Source: Chloroflexota bacterium
Lineage (GTDB): Bacteria > Chloroflexota > UBA11872 > VXOZ01
Assembly (NCBI GenBank): GCA_964291655.2
Contig: OZ219802.1
Location: 2,176,001 to 2,240,000 of the forward strand
DNA length: 64,000 nucleotides
Direction: 5' to 3'
This document shows, one piece after another, positions 20,841 to 31,361 of this stretch. The number at the start of each line of letters is the position of its first letter. Within the stretch, counting starts at the first letter, position 1. The notes beneath the pieces were generated by a model. That model saw only the letters and a program-made list of their open reading frames with translations. It was not told the origin of the DNA and searched no databases. Both the position numbers and the translations under genes were made by a program.

Positions 20841-22022
20841 ATGGCAACCTTTGACGTTGTGCTCAAGGGAGGGCGCGTTCTCGACCCCGCGCAGGGCATC
20901 GACGCTCCGCTGGATATCGGCACAAAGCACGGCCGTATTGCTGCTCTCGAATCAGACATCGCAACTGATGATGCTTGGCTTGTGCTCGATGTCGCCAATC
21001 ACTTTGTCACGCCGGGACTCATAGACCTGCATACGCACATCTACTGGGGCGGCACCGACCTCGGCGTGCTCCCGGACCAGGTGTGTTTGCCAACAGGCGT
21101 AACGACAGTCGCGGACGCGGGCAGCGCGGGGTGGGCGAATTTCACCGGCTTCCGCCACTTTGTGATGGGACAAGCCCGCACACGCACGTTCGCCTTCGTC
21201 AATATCTCCAGCATTGGGATTACCGACATGCGTGTGGGCGAGAATCTCAACCTTGCCTACTGTGGTGTTGAAGACGCGATCAAGACAATCGAAGCCAACC
21301 GCGACGTGGCTCTCGGCGTGAAGGTGCGCGTTGCGGAGAAGATTTGCGGCCCCAACGGTTTAGAGCCGCTGCGCCGTGCAGCAGAGGTACGCGATGCGAC
21401 GGACACGCGCATGATGGTGCACATCTCGGATTGCGAACAACCCGTGCAGGAGATTTTGGGCTACCTGAAGTCGGGCGACATCATTACCCACTGCTTCACG
21501 GGACGCGGCAAGCTGATCTTGGACCAGCAGCGGGGTACCGTGCTGCCGGACGTGCGGGCCGCGCAGCAGAACGGCATCGCCTTCGACGTCGGCCACGGAC
21601 AGGGGAGCTTTTCCTTTGCAGTAGCGCGGGCGGCCTTGGAGGATGGCTTTCTGCCTGATACCATAAGTACGGACCTCCATAACTACTCTTCCCACTTTAC
21701 CGCGCAGAGCCTGCCCGACGTGATGTCGAAGTTCCTCTTCCTGGGCCGGGACGTTCTTGACGTCGTGACACGGACGACACAGAATGCCGCGGCCGCTATC
21801 AGCCGCTCGGACTCTTTGGGGCACCTGCGCGTTGGCGGCACGGCTGACATTGCGGTGCTGCGCCTGGAAGCCGGGCCGTATCCCATGCGAGATGCCGAAG
21901 AGACTGAGCATACCGGTAGAGAGCACCTCGCGGCAACCTACACGCTGCGTGCCGGTGAGGTATATAACCAAGCGGGCCGCGCCGCGCGCCGCTGGTACGG
22001 GCCGCGTACTGAGGATGAGTGA
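20841..22022 (+). CDS. Amidohydrolase/deacetylase family metallohydrolase (dihydroorotase-like)
   Basis: PGLIDLHTH, DAGSAG, GVKVR, MVHI, ITHCF, DVGHG, STDLH. Confidence 0.9.
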   Translation: MATFDVVLKGGRVLDPAQGIDAPLDIGTKHGRIAALESDIATDDAWLVLDVANHFVTPGLIDLHTHIYWGGTDLGVLPDQVCLPTGVTTVADAGSAGWANFTGFRHFVMGQARTRTFAFVNISSIGITDMRVGENLNLAYCGVEDAIKTIEANRDVALGVKVRVAEKICGPNGLEPLRRAAEVRDATDTRMMVHISDCEQPVQEILGYLKSGDIITHCFTGRGKLILDQQRGTVLPDVRAAQQNGIAFDVGHGQGSFSFAVARAALEDGFLPDTISTDLHNYSSHFTAQSLPDVMSKFLFLGRDVLDVVTRTTQNAAAAISRSDSLGHLRVGGTADIAVLRLEAGPYPMRDAEETEHTGREHLAATYTLRAGEVYNQAGRAARRWYGPRTEDE

Positions 22023-22200
22023 GATAGGCCTCAGGCAATAGGATAGAGTTCTACGTGCACTGCTTCGTCACCCCGACGGAGGCCGCAAACCAGAAAGGAT
22101 CGAAGAGTTGGATTCTTCCATCAGATCAGCTAAGTGTCAGGCCGAGCACCGGCATGACGATGCCGGGATTGCCCTGGGAATTGGAAACGACGCGCCAGCT

Positions 22201-23082
22201 ATGACAATCTCTCGCCTCCGTTGGATCGCCGGAATCATGGCTCTTTCGCTTGCTCTCTTGCTGAGCGCGTGCGGCGCTACCGAGGGCAGTGAGGAGTTGC
22301 AGTCCGACGAAAAGAGCGCCGCTGGGGCGGCAACTCCAGCAGCCCAAACCGCAACAGAATCTACCGCGCCTGCGACGACGACAGCGGAATCGGGTGAAGC
22401 GGTAACGGCAGATGCGCGTATCGCCGACATCCGGTTCGGCCAGCATCCCGAGTTCGATCGCCTGGTCATCGATTTCGCAATCGACCAAGGGCCTGCAAAC
22501 GCTGTGCCGCATTGGCTAATTGAAAAGGCGCCCGGGGAAGGCGTGCTGCGCATTCATCTCCCGACCGTGACCGAGACCGCGTTCACCGACGCCCAAGTGG
22601 CTGACAAGCTCGATTGGTTTACGCACGTGTATGTTGTCCGCGCGCCGGACGGCAGCCTGTTCGTAGATGTTTTCATACCGGCTGAGTACCAGGTCCGCGT
22701 GCAGGAAGTGCGCGACCCGCTGCGGCTGGTGATTGACATAGCGCCCGGCGGTGATGATACCCACATACTCCCCGCGACTGCCAAGAACACGGTGCTCATC
22801 ACGCCGCGACCCGGCGCCACCCTGCAGGGTACAGTGACGGTCAGTGGATACTCCCGGAACTTCGAAGCGAACAACGTCATCATTCTGCAAGACAGCGCCG
22901 GCAAGGAAATTGACCGGGCCATTGTTACGTCTTCCGACTATATCGAGGCATGGGGATACTTCTCTAAGGAGCTAGAGATCCCCGCCGGCACAGGTACGGG
23001 AACTCTGCTCGTCGGCGACTTTGACGCGCAGGATGGGAAATTCGAGGGTGTGACCATTCCCGTGCAGTTTGGCGGTGAATAG
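22201..23082 (+). CDS. Lipoprotein with AMIN-like and Gmad2 Ig-like domains
   Basis: LSAC lipobox; FDRLVIDF...PLRLVIDI; SGYSRNFEA...WGYF. Confidence 0.75.
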   Translation: MTISRLRWIAGIMALSLALLLSACGATEGSEELQSDEKSAAGAATPAAQTATESTAPATTTAESGEAVTADARIADIRFGQHPEFDRLVIDFAIDQGPANAVPHWLIEKAPGEGVLRIHLPTVTETAFTDAQVADKLDWFTHVYVVRAPDGSLFVDVFIPAEYQVRVQEVRDPLRLVIDIAPGGDDTHILPATAKNTVLITPRPGATLQGTVTVSGYSRNFEANNVIILQDSAGKEIDRAIVTSSDYIEAWGYFSKELEIPAGTGTGTLLVGDFDAQDGKFEGVTIPVQFGGE

Positions 23083-23517
23083 CCAGCGGCAAGAAACCAC
23101 CCGCTCCCGAGTGTGACCCATCCGAGACCCAGCGAAGCAAGGACCGAAGCCCAGCGAAGCGAGGAGATGGAACTCCCTCTCCGTGGGGAGACTCTTGCCG
23201 AGTCCAGCGCAGCGGGACAAGAATGACACCCTCTCCATAGGATGACCATTACGTAGCTCACCCACAGGCGAGAAAACTCCCATTCCTTGGGGAGAGGGCC
23301 GGGGAGAGGGGTCTTCTTTGCCGCCACGGCCTGGATGGATACTCACTGTAGAGTTGCGCAACGGATTCTCAACGCAGAGGGCCCGATTGCTCCCGGCTCG
23401 GCAGGAACAGCCTGACTTTTGCTTGGTGTATTGGCAAGACGTGGGACTCCCATGATTTGGGTAGTGAGCATGGTCTTATGGACTGCATTTGGTAGTTGAA
23501 GTATGAAAGAAGGAACA

Positions 23518-24294
23518 ATGAGCGAGAATCACTGGTTCGACGACTTGCAGGACGAAGATTTCTTAAGTTGGGCTTCTACCTTCGAGGAGGTCGAGAAAAG
23601 CGGCTGCGATACGGCGCTCTTCTGCATCGGCGCCATCGAGCAACACTCGTACCACATGCCGCTCGGTACCGACTGGCTGCTCGGTCTCTCCGGCAGCCGC
23701 CTGCTGGCGCGGGAATTGGCAGCACGTGGCCTGATCGTCTATCTCTTGCCGCCGATCCCCATCGGCACCTCCAGCGAATTCCTCAATTACAAGGGCACCT
23801 TGAGCTTCAAGCCCGCCACTGTGGCCGCCATTTTGGAGGACACCGCCGCCTGCCTCAAGCGCCAGGGGTTCAAACGCATGATCGTCACCAGTTCTCACGG
23901 CGGCAACTGGATTCTGAAGCCGACCATCCGCGAGCTCAATATGTGGGACCCGGACTTCATGGTGATGTGGGGCGCGCCCGTCGGCGCAGGCGGCTCGGGG
24001 CCGGGCAAGGACCGGCACTCCGGCGAGAGCGAGACCTCGCGGCTTATGTACGCCTACCCCGAACTGATGCGCACCGAGAAGGTAGTCGACTCGTCTCCCG
24101 ATCTTGGCTCTGAGTACGTGGACATGATTCCGACGGAGTACTACACGCCGAGCGGTGTGTGGGGGTTTCCGACCAAGGCGGACCGGGATGCCGGCGAAGA
24201 GCGTACAAAGCAAGGCGTGCAACGCCAGGCTGACTACATTATGGAGACAATCGTGAAACTCGACGAATTGCGCCGCGAGCACGAGCAGGGCTAG
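23518..24294 (+). CDS. Creatininase family protein
   Basis: GAIEQHSYHMPLGTD, SHGGN and HSGESETS motifs. Confidence 0.92.
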   Translation: MSENHWFDDLQDEDFLSWASTFEEVEKSGCDTALFCIGAIEQHSYHMPLGTDWLLGLSGSRLLARELAARGLIVYLLPPIPIGTSSEFLNYKGTLSFKPATVAAILEDTAACLKRQGFKRMIVTSSHGGNWILKPTIRELNMWDPDFMVMWGAPVGAGGSGPGKDRHSGESETSRLMYAYPELMRTEKVVDSSPDLGSEYVDMIPTEYYTPSGVWGFPTKADRDAGEERTKQGVQRQADYIMETIVKLDELRREHEQG

Positions 24295-24392
24295 CCTGGC
24301 AACGCACTATTGCACCAATAACCAAGGGAATGCACGCCAAAATAGAATTGCCACTCTAGACCGGGAAGATCGATCTGCATGAGACCCGTCTA

Positions 24393-25097
24393 ATGAGCGA
24401 GATGAGTGACTCACCGCCTGTGAAGGTCGGCCTTGCGGAAGGCTACTCACGTTGGGCGAAGAGCAACGACACGACGTTCAACACGCTCATCGCCACCGAG
24501 GAGGTGTACTCGCTGAACCTCCTGGATAGCCTGGAGGGCAAGACCGCGCTCGACGCAGGCGCCGGGACCGGTCGGTTTGCACTCAGGCTGGGCCGAAGAG
24601 GTTGGCAGGTCACGGCCATTGAGCCCAATCCCGCAATGCAAGCCATTGCGCAACGCGCCGCAGCCGGTGAGAACATCCACATGGAGTTTGTAAGTGCCTC
24701 GCTAGAGGACGCTGTGCCGGTCGAGTCTGCCGCCTTCGATCTGGTGGTCTGCGCGCTGACTCTCTGCCACGTTGCGAATCTCAGCGGGGCGGTCGGTGAG
24801 TTCTCCCGCACAATGGCCCCTGGAGCGCATCTGCTCATCACGGACGTACATCCCGACTTTGTCTCCTGTGGCATGCCGACCCAGTTCGTCGACGACGGCG
24901 TAACCTATCACCTGCCCAACGAGCCGCATACGCGTGACGACTATCTCCAAGCAGTTGCTAATGCCGGACTTAACTTATCCGACGTTTGGGACGTTCCCGG
25001 CTGCGAGGTCCCAGGAGGGTTCGAGACTGCCTTCATGCGCAAAAATTTCGGTTCAGTGAATTTCGCCTTGATCGTCTTGGCACGCAAAGGGACGTAG
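24393..25097 (+). CDS. Class I SAM-dependent methyltransferase
   Basis: LDAGAGTG, FDLVVC, ITDVHP. Confidence 0.9.
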   Translation: MSEMSDSPPVKVGLAEGYSRWAKSNDTTFNTLIATEEVYSLNLLDSLEGKTALDAGAGTGRFALRLGRRGWQVTAIEPNPAMQAIAQRAAAGENIHMEFVSASLEDAVPVESAAFDLVVCALTLCHVANLSGAVGEFSRTMAPGAHLLITDVHPDFVSCGMPTQFVDDGVTYHLPNEPHTRDDYLQAVANAGLNLSDVWDVPGCEVPGGFETAFMRKNFGSVNFALIVLARKGT

Positions 25098-25322
25098 ACA
25101 GCAGCGCCAATCGCAACGAATCCGTCTGTTGCTGGTACGATCTGAGATCAGCAGGTCGGGGAGAACCAGGAATCTTCACGTTGAGGTTGGGTCCAGTTTT
25201 GAAGCGCGGTTCCGCCGCCGTTCTGCCGGTATTCCCGTGAGAGCTCTAAGTGCTGTGCCTAACAGACACGCTCGACGGGAACCCTAGATTCCGCGAACAG
25301 GGTTCGACGCTGCGCTCGGAAT

Positions 25323-25576
25323 TGTAAGTGTTGAGTAGATCGTTGACAGAATCCGCTTTCCGCTCTGAGGAGTTGACGGTGCATGTCATTCCGAGCGGAG
25401 CGAGGAATCTAGGGTCCCTGCTCAACGCACTTTAACGGCTTCAGCACACTAAATTCCGCGCTCCGAGCGACTCTTCGCTGCGCTTCGTTCGGAATGACAT
25501 GTGTACGAGTCATGTCTAACACTGCGACAGCTTGCTTTTGTTCTCAAATCTGTCAACGAATTACCTGACATTTACA
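25323..25576. mobile_element. TGTAAG-ended MITE (254 bp)
   Basis: TGTAAG...TTTACA ends; exact TSD GGAAT inside REP arm CTCGGAAT|GACA. Confidence 0.85.
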
Positions 25577-25716
25577 GGAATGACATGTGTGCACCTCCGA
25601 GACACTGTAGAGTATAGGTCTACGAGCCCCGAATCCCAGTAACGTTGACAACCCAGTGAAATCCGCGCTACCGTGAATCAGGTAGTTTTGGCCCTCTTGA
25701 TGGAGCATGCCCTTCC

Positions 25717-26604
25717 ATGGCACAGCAATCCCACGTCTCCAAGGCCGTTATCCTCGTCGCCGGACTCGGCACCCGGCTGCTTCCTGCCACCAAGTCCCAG
25801 CCCAAGGAAATGCTGCCTGTCGGCCGCAAGCCGGTGGTGCAATACGTGGTGGAGGAGATGGAGCAGGCCGGCATCAACCAGATTCTCTTCGTCACGGGAC
25901 GCAAGAAGTGGTCAATCGAAGACCACTTTGACCGCGATCCCGAATTGGAAGAGCGGCTTGGCAACGACGACATGGAGCTGCAAGAACGGCTGCCGAATTT
26001 CGAAACGTTGCTGCACGTATACTATACGCGCCAGAGCGTTCAGACCGGCCAGGCGGATGCCGTGCGCCTCGCTCAGGAATTCGTTGGCGACGAGCCATTC
26101 GTCGTCGCTTTTGGCGACACGATCATCAAGGGCGGCAACCTCTTGCGCCGCATGGTGGAAAGCCATGCGCAGAGCGGCGCCGTCTGTACCATGGCCGTGG
26201 AGCGCGTGGCGCCGCAGGATGCTCATCGCTATGGCGTCGTGCGGCCTACCGGCGCGATGGGTCCGGACTTTGCCATTGAGGGCATCGTGGAGAAACCGCC
26301 GCGGGGCACCGAACCGAGCAACTTCGCCGTGGTGCCGCGTTACGTGATGAACAAGGAAATATTCGAGGCAACGCGTCTCACATTGCCCGGCAAAGGCAAT
26401 GAGCTCTGGCTGGCAGACTCTATCGAGGTGCTCATCAAGCAGCAGCAGCTGGTGCGTTGTGTGGAACTTGCGTCCGAAGAGGTCCGCTACGACATTGGCA
26501 ACTTTGAGACCTACTTCAAGGCGTTCATTGACTTCGCCCTCACTGACGAGAAATACGGCTACCTCGTGCGGCAGCACCTGCTCCGCAAAGCGGCGACGCT
26601 ATGA
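25717..26604 (+). CDS. galU: UTP-glucose-1-phosphate uridylyltransferase
   Basis: AGLGTRLLPATKSQPKEMLP, EDHFD, VEKP, YDIG. Confidence 0.85.
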   Translation: MAQQSHVSKAVILVAGLGTRLLPATKSQPKEMLPVGRKPVVQYVVEEMEQAGINQILFVTGRKKWSIEDHFDRDPELEERLGNDDMELQERLPNFETLLHVYYTRQSVQTGQADAVRLAQEFVGDEPFVVAFGDTIIKGGNLLRRMVESHAQSGAVCTMAVERVAPQDAHRYGVVRPTGAMGPDFAIEGIVEKPPRGTEPSNFAVVPRYVMNKEIFEATRLTLPGKGNELWLADSIEVLIKQQQLVRCVELASEEVRYDIGNFETYFKAFIDFALTDEKYGYLVRQHLLRKAATL

Positions 26605-27668
26605 TGTCAACCTCTCGAGAAGACAACACGCGGGCACCCGTTATCGCTTCTGCCCCCGGTCGCTGCGGCATCATCGGCAATCCGACCGACATGTACGGCG
26701 GCAGCGTACTTTCCTGCACTATTCCCCAGCGCGGCTACGTCTCCATTCGTCCGGCGGATAGCCTCATCCTCGAATCCGACCAGGGCCTGCTCTCCGTCCG
26801 TACGCGTGACGACTTGCAGCAGCGCGGCGATCATTTTGACGTGCTGCGCGCGGTGATTTCCCAACAGCAGTGCCTCGGCATGAAAGCCCACTTCACCTGC
26901 TGGAGCGACGTCCCCATCGGCTCCGGTCTTTCGAGCTCGTCGTCATTAGTCGTCGCTGCGCTCTACGCACTCGTTGCCTACCAAGGCCGCGCGATGAGCC
27001 GGTACTTCTTCGCCGAGACCGCCCGCGGCATCGAGCTGAACGACATGGGCGTGATTTGCGGCTACCAGGACTTCTACATGCCCACCTTTGGCGGGCTCAA
27101 TTACATGGAGTTTCGCGACAAAGAGTTCTACCGGGAAGTGCACAGCGAGCCGTATGCCGCCGTTGAATCCCTGACACCGCTAGTGCGGGAACTACCCTTT
27201 GTGCTGGCGCACACCGGTATTGAGCATAGCGCCGACGTCGTGCACCGACCTATCCGCGAGCGGTGGTTGGAAGGCGAGCGTCACGTGGTGCAGGCGTACG
27301 TAGAGATCGGCCGTCTCGCGAGAGAGGGCAAGAAAGCTCTGCTGGAAACGGACTGGGAGCTTCTGGGCAGGCTGATGAACGAGAACCATGCGATACAGCG
27401 CGATCTGGGTGGGTCCGGCGCGGAAAACGAGCAGCTCATTCAGGCCGCTTTGGACAACGGCGCGCCGGGGGCGAAGCTGGCCGGAGCCGGCGACGGCGGC
27501 ACGATCATTGCGCTACATCCCGACCCGGAGTATCTCGGCAGTCAATTGAAAAGTGTGGGGGCCACTCGCATTCTCTTCCCCCGTCCCGTCGCAGGCGCCC
27601 GCCTCGACTCCTCCTCAGGCGCAGATGAATCTGCCGTCGCAAGTACGTATGCGGGGAACGTCGAGTAA
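26601..27668 (+). CDS. GHMP-family sugar kinase (glucuronokinase/HddA-like)
   Basis: GNPTD, PIGSGLSSSS, CGYQD, GAKLAGAGDGG; ATGA overlap with galU. Confidence 0.85.
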   Translation: MMSTSREDNTRAPVIASAPGRCGIIGNPTDMYGGSVLSCTIPQRGYVSIRPADSLILESDQGLLSVRTRDDLQQRGDHFDVLRAVISQQQCLGMKAHFTCWSDVPIGSGLSSSSSLVVAALYALVAYQGRAMSRYFFAETARGIELNDMGVICGYQDFYMPTFGGLNYMEFRDKEFYREVHSEPYAAVESLTPLVRELPFVLAHTGIEHSADVVHRPIRERWLEGERHVVQAYVEIGRLAREGKKALLETDWELLGRLMNENHAIQRDLGGSGAENEQLIQAALDNGAPGAKLAGAGDGGTIIALHPDPEYLGSQLKSVGATRILFPRPVAGARLDSSSGADESAVASTYAGNVE

Positions 27669-28455
27669 GCGCGCGGATCAACGACCCCATGTAAATCCCC
27701 AAATTTGGGACGGGACTAGCACGGACGTCCAGTCCAAGGCACCATCCAGGCCGGCAAGCAGATCATCCTCTCTTCCTGGAAGACTCCCGTAGCGTGGGGC
27801 AAAAGAGTTTTCGGCGTTGAGGGGCTGTATGTAGCCTGACCATGCTCGCTACGGCGGAGAAGTGCGCGGCTATCCGATCCACTCTCACCGGTCTTGGTGA
27901 GCCTGCACATGGTTCCTGCACGTAGTTGAAACCGGAAGAGCAAGGATTCACCCAGCCCGGCCATTTCCCTAACGAAAGGGAGTCCGTCTCCCCTGCCGGC
28001 GCCGGCTGCGTAAAAGTGCCTTTGAGGGGAGAGGTGAACTTGCACCAGCGGTCGCCGCTCGCCAAGGGTTCTCTAATTTTCCCGCAGGTTTCTCGGTTGC
28101 GCTGTAGGACGTGGACGGACAGCGTGGACGACCTCGAATACCCTAATGTGGGGCGGCGTGGAGGCGTAGCCTCCTTGCGCTGCGATGCAATCGTGGATAT
28201 AGACCGCCTTGCCGCGACCGGCCCTGCCGCATTGAGCCAGCATCAGTCTGGCAATCTCCCGCCAGTCTTGGTAGGTTAATGTTGTGCGGAGGCCTGAATT
28301 CAGTTGCGGTTAGCAGGAGCGATCATCCCAAGAGATTCGGAGCTATTGTTGCTGGAGCAGCGCCGTCCCAAGTCGTCGCAGCAGCAGTGGGGGAGGAAGC
28401 GCTCAACCCCGCGAATCAGGGCTCAGGCGAGTACCACACACCACATTAATTACGA

Positions 28456-29475
28456 TTGAAGAGAGTCTTAAAAACGACAGCCACCCTTGACCGACCTTCA
28501 AAGCGACCGCGTATTGAGCGGCAAGACACTGTGTCAGAAGCCGCGCGCAAGGTCCTCTGCTTTCACTTCAGCCGCATGCTGAAACATGAGGCAGGGACGA
28601 TTGACGGCAGTGACGTCGCAGAATTGCACGACATGCGCGTTGCCGTGCGCCGGATGCGCGCGGCTGTGAGGCTGTTTCGTCCCTACCTCCCGAAGAAGCA
28701 GGCTGCTTACCTACGCAAGGACCTGCGTCGCCTCGGTCGCGCCCTGGGGCCTGCACGCGACTATGACGTCATGCTTGCCAACTTGGAGGTCTACAGAGCG
28801 GACTTGCCGGCGCAAGAGAAGGAGGCGATCGGTCTTGTAGTGCGACGCTGGCAGAAGCAGCGCGCGCGGGCACGGAAGGCCATGCTCGCATACCTGGCAA
28901 GTAAACGCTATGGGTTGCTGAAGCAAAGGGTACGCGCTTTCCTGGATGGCGATCCCCCAGCGGCTGCGCGAAACGTAGACGGCAACGGAGTGTTGCCTGC
29001 GGCAACTCCTCTACAAGAACCCCTTGTTGAAAGTGAAATCCCGAGCCTACTCGCCAGCCGCTATGAAAAGCTGCTCGCCTACGGCCCTTCGCTGCACGGG
29101 GCTTCGGTAGCGACGCTGCATGCGCTGCGCATCGACTGTAAACGCCTGCGGTATGCCCTGGAGTTTTTTCGCGAGTCCCTTCCCCCTCAGGCGGCTGCCG
29201 CCATCGAAGACATTACGCGGGCCCAAGACCACCTTGGCGTCATTCAGGATGCCTACGTCGCCGGGAGAGTCCTGCGCAAGCTCCTGGAGAAGTGGCAGCA
29301 CGCGCATGACGACACGCGTTACCCAGCCGCGGCGAGGGAAGCGCTTTGTGGGTACTTGGCACACTGCGACGATCAGGTGCGAACGAACGCCCATGCGTTC
29401 CCGGTAATCTGGGAGAATCTTACCGGGCTCGAATTCCGTCAGCGCCTGCACGTGATCGCGACCACGTTTCCCTGA
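28456..29475 (+). CDS. CHAD-domain polyphosphate-binding protein
   Basis: LHDMRVAVRRMR, LGPARDYDV, LHALRIDCKRLRY, QDHLGVIQD. Confidence 0.93.
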   Translation: MKRVLKTTATLDRPSKRPRIERQDTVSEAARKVLCFHFSRMLKHEAGTIDGSDVAELHDMRVAVRRMRAAVRLFRPYLPKKQAAYLRKDLRRLGRALGPARDYDVMLANLEVYRADLPAQEKEAIGLVVRRWQKQRARARKAMLAYLASKRYGLLKQRVRAFLDGDPPAAARNVDGNGVLPAATPLQEPLVESEIPSLLASRYEKLLAYGPSLHGASVATLHALRIDCKRLRYALEFFRESLPPQAAAAIEDITRAQDHLGVIQDAYVAGRVLRKLLEKWQHAHDDTRYPAAAREALCGYLAHCDDQVRTNAHAFPVIWENLTGLEFRQRLHVIATTFP

Positions 29476-29654
29476 GGCTACTCTTGAGTGAGTCTGACGG
29501 ACACGAGGAACTGGGCTGTGATGGTGAAGACTTCCCCTCACCCCGGTCCTCTTCCCAGGGAGAGGAAGTCTTTTCGCCTGCGGCATTTGGTTGTGAAAGG
29601 TTCCCCAGAGGCCGGGTGGCGGCGGGGCACGTGGAGTTTTAACGAGGAGCATAC

Positions 29655-31307
29655 ATGACCGGAGAACGCGTGGCCGTCATTGATATTGGCTCTAATTCAG
29701 CGCGCTTGGCGCTGTTGGAAGTGTATGAAGACCGCGCGTTCAAGCTCGTAGATGAGTTGCGCGAAACGCTGCGGTTGGGCGAACAGCTCGATGCAGACGG
29801 CTACCTTACTCCAGAAGCAGTGCAACGCACGTTGGAAATCTCGCGCGTCTTAGCCCGCTTCTGCACGGCCCATCGTGTCACGCACGTCATTGGAGTTGCT
29901 ACCAGCGCCCTGCGGCGCGCCCGCAACGGGCCGGAAATCGTTGACCGCATCCAAGCTGAGACCGGACTGCGCGTCAACATTATTTCCGGCGACCATGAGG
30001 CGCATTTTGATTACGTGGCGGCGGTTAACAGTTCCGCGGCGGCGGACAGTGTGGTTGTCGACGTAGGCGGTGGCAGTGCACAAATTGTACGCGCCCGCGC
30101 CCGCGCCGCCACGCACAAGACAAGCCTACCGCTCGGCTCCATCACGCTTACTACCGCTTTTCTGAATCGCAACAAGCCGACAAACAAGCAACTCCGCGCC
30201 TTGGAGAAACACGTCGGGATCAATCTCAGGGCAATCTCTTGGCTCCACGGGCAAGGTGACGACACGGCGCACTCGTCCAATGGCGACGCTGCAGACGTGC
30301 GTACCCCGCGCCGGGCCGCCGCGCTCTCGCAGAACGGCCGGCCGGTCTTAATCGGCATCGGCGGCACGGTGCGCAACTTGGCCAAGATCTATCGGCGGCA
30401 GACAGGGTATCCGCTCGACCTCCTGCACGGCATGATTCTCCCTATCGGCGCCGTAGAAGAGATCTACGGCATGCTCCGCAAGCTCAACCTCGAGGATCGG
30501 CGCAAAGTCCCGGGCCTCTCCACCAAGCGGGCGGACATCATTGTCGCGGGCGCGGCGGTAGTGTGCGGTCTTGCCAAGGAAATCGGTGCTGCTGCGCTCG
30601 TCATTAGCGGCAGAGGCTTACGGGAAGGCTTGTTTCTGAATCACGTCCTGGGCGGTGACTTAGTGGAGCCGCGCGTGCCCGATCCGGCGCTCTTTGCCAC
30701 AATTAATCTCATGCGGTACTACAACGTTGACGAAACGCACGCGAACCACGTGGCGGACCTTGCGCTCTCCCTCTTCGATCAGCTTGCGCCAGTCCATCGA
30801 TTGGATGGAAGCACGCGTAGGTTGCTGAAAATCGCGGCGCTCCTCCATGACGTGGGGGTCGCCGTGAACTACTATAACCACGACGAGCACGGCTTCTACT
30901 TGCTCACGCGCACGGGCATCGATGGGTTGACCCACCGCGAATTGCTGATCGTTGCTTGCCTTGTGGCCGTGCACAACGGTAACGTGGGCCCGCTAAAGCG
31001 CTGGCCGGAGTACCGCTCGTTGCTAAAAAAGCACGACGTGGCTGCTGTGACAAAGCTCGGCGCAATCCTGCAACTGAGCGAGGCACTGGATCGGAGCGAG
31101 TCGCGACTGGTTGAGGCTGCCGCGTGCAAGATTTCGAATGACCGCCGCAAGATTGTGCTGCGGCTTACGGCAGACCCGGACGCTGTGTGTGAAGTCCGTG
31201 AGACACAGGCAATGCTAAATGACATTGCAGCCGCATTTGGGGTACACTTTAAGCTCGAAGTCTCGCCATCACGTTTGAGACCTGAGGAGACCGAGGCTCT
31301 GTTGTAA
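29655..31307 (+). CDS. ppx: Exopolyphosphatase Ppx/GppA with HD domain
   Basis: IDIGSNS, ATSALR, DVGGGS, IGGTVR, GLREG, LLHDVG. Confidence 0.93.
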   Translation: MTGERVAVIDIGSNSARLALLEVYEDRAFKLVDELRETLRLGEQLDADGYLTPEAVQRTLEISRVLARFCTAHRVTHVIGVATSALRRARNGPEIVDRIQAETGLRVNIISGDHEAHFDYVAAVNSSAAADSVVVDVGGGSAQIVRARARAATHKTSLPLGSITLTTAFLNRNKPTNKQLRALEKHVGINLRAISWLHGQGDDTAHSSNGDAADVRTPRRAAALSQNGRPVLIGIGGTVRNLAKIYRRQTGYPLDLLHGMILPIGAVEEIYGMLRKLNLEDRRKVPGLSTKRADIIVAGAAVVCGLAKEIGAAALVISGRGLREGLFLNHVLGGDLVEPRVPDPALFATINLMRYYNVDETHANHVADLALSLFDQLAPVHRLDGSTRRLLKIAALLHDVGVAVNYYNHDEHGFYLLTRTGIDGLTHRELLIVACLVAVHNGNVGPLKRWPEYRSLLKKHDVAAVTKLGAILQLSEALDRSESRLVEAAACKISNDRRKIVLRLTADPDAVCEVRETQAMLNDIAAAFGVHFKLEVSPSRLRPEETEALL

Positions 31308-31361
31308 GAAATCGTCCCAGTATCCTGTTTCTATGCCCCAACCCATACTTGATTTGCATAT

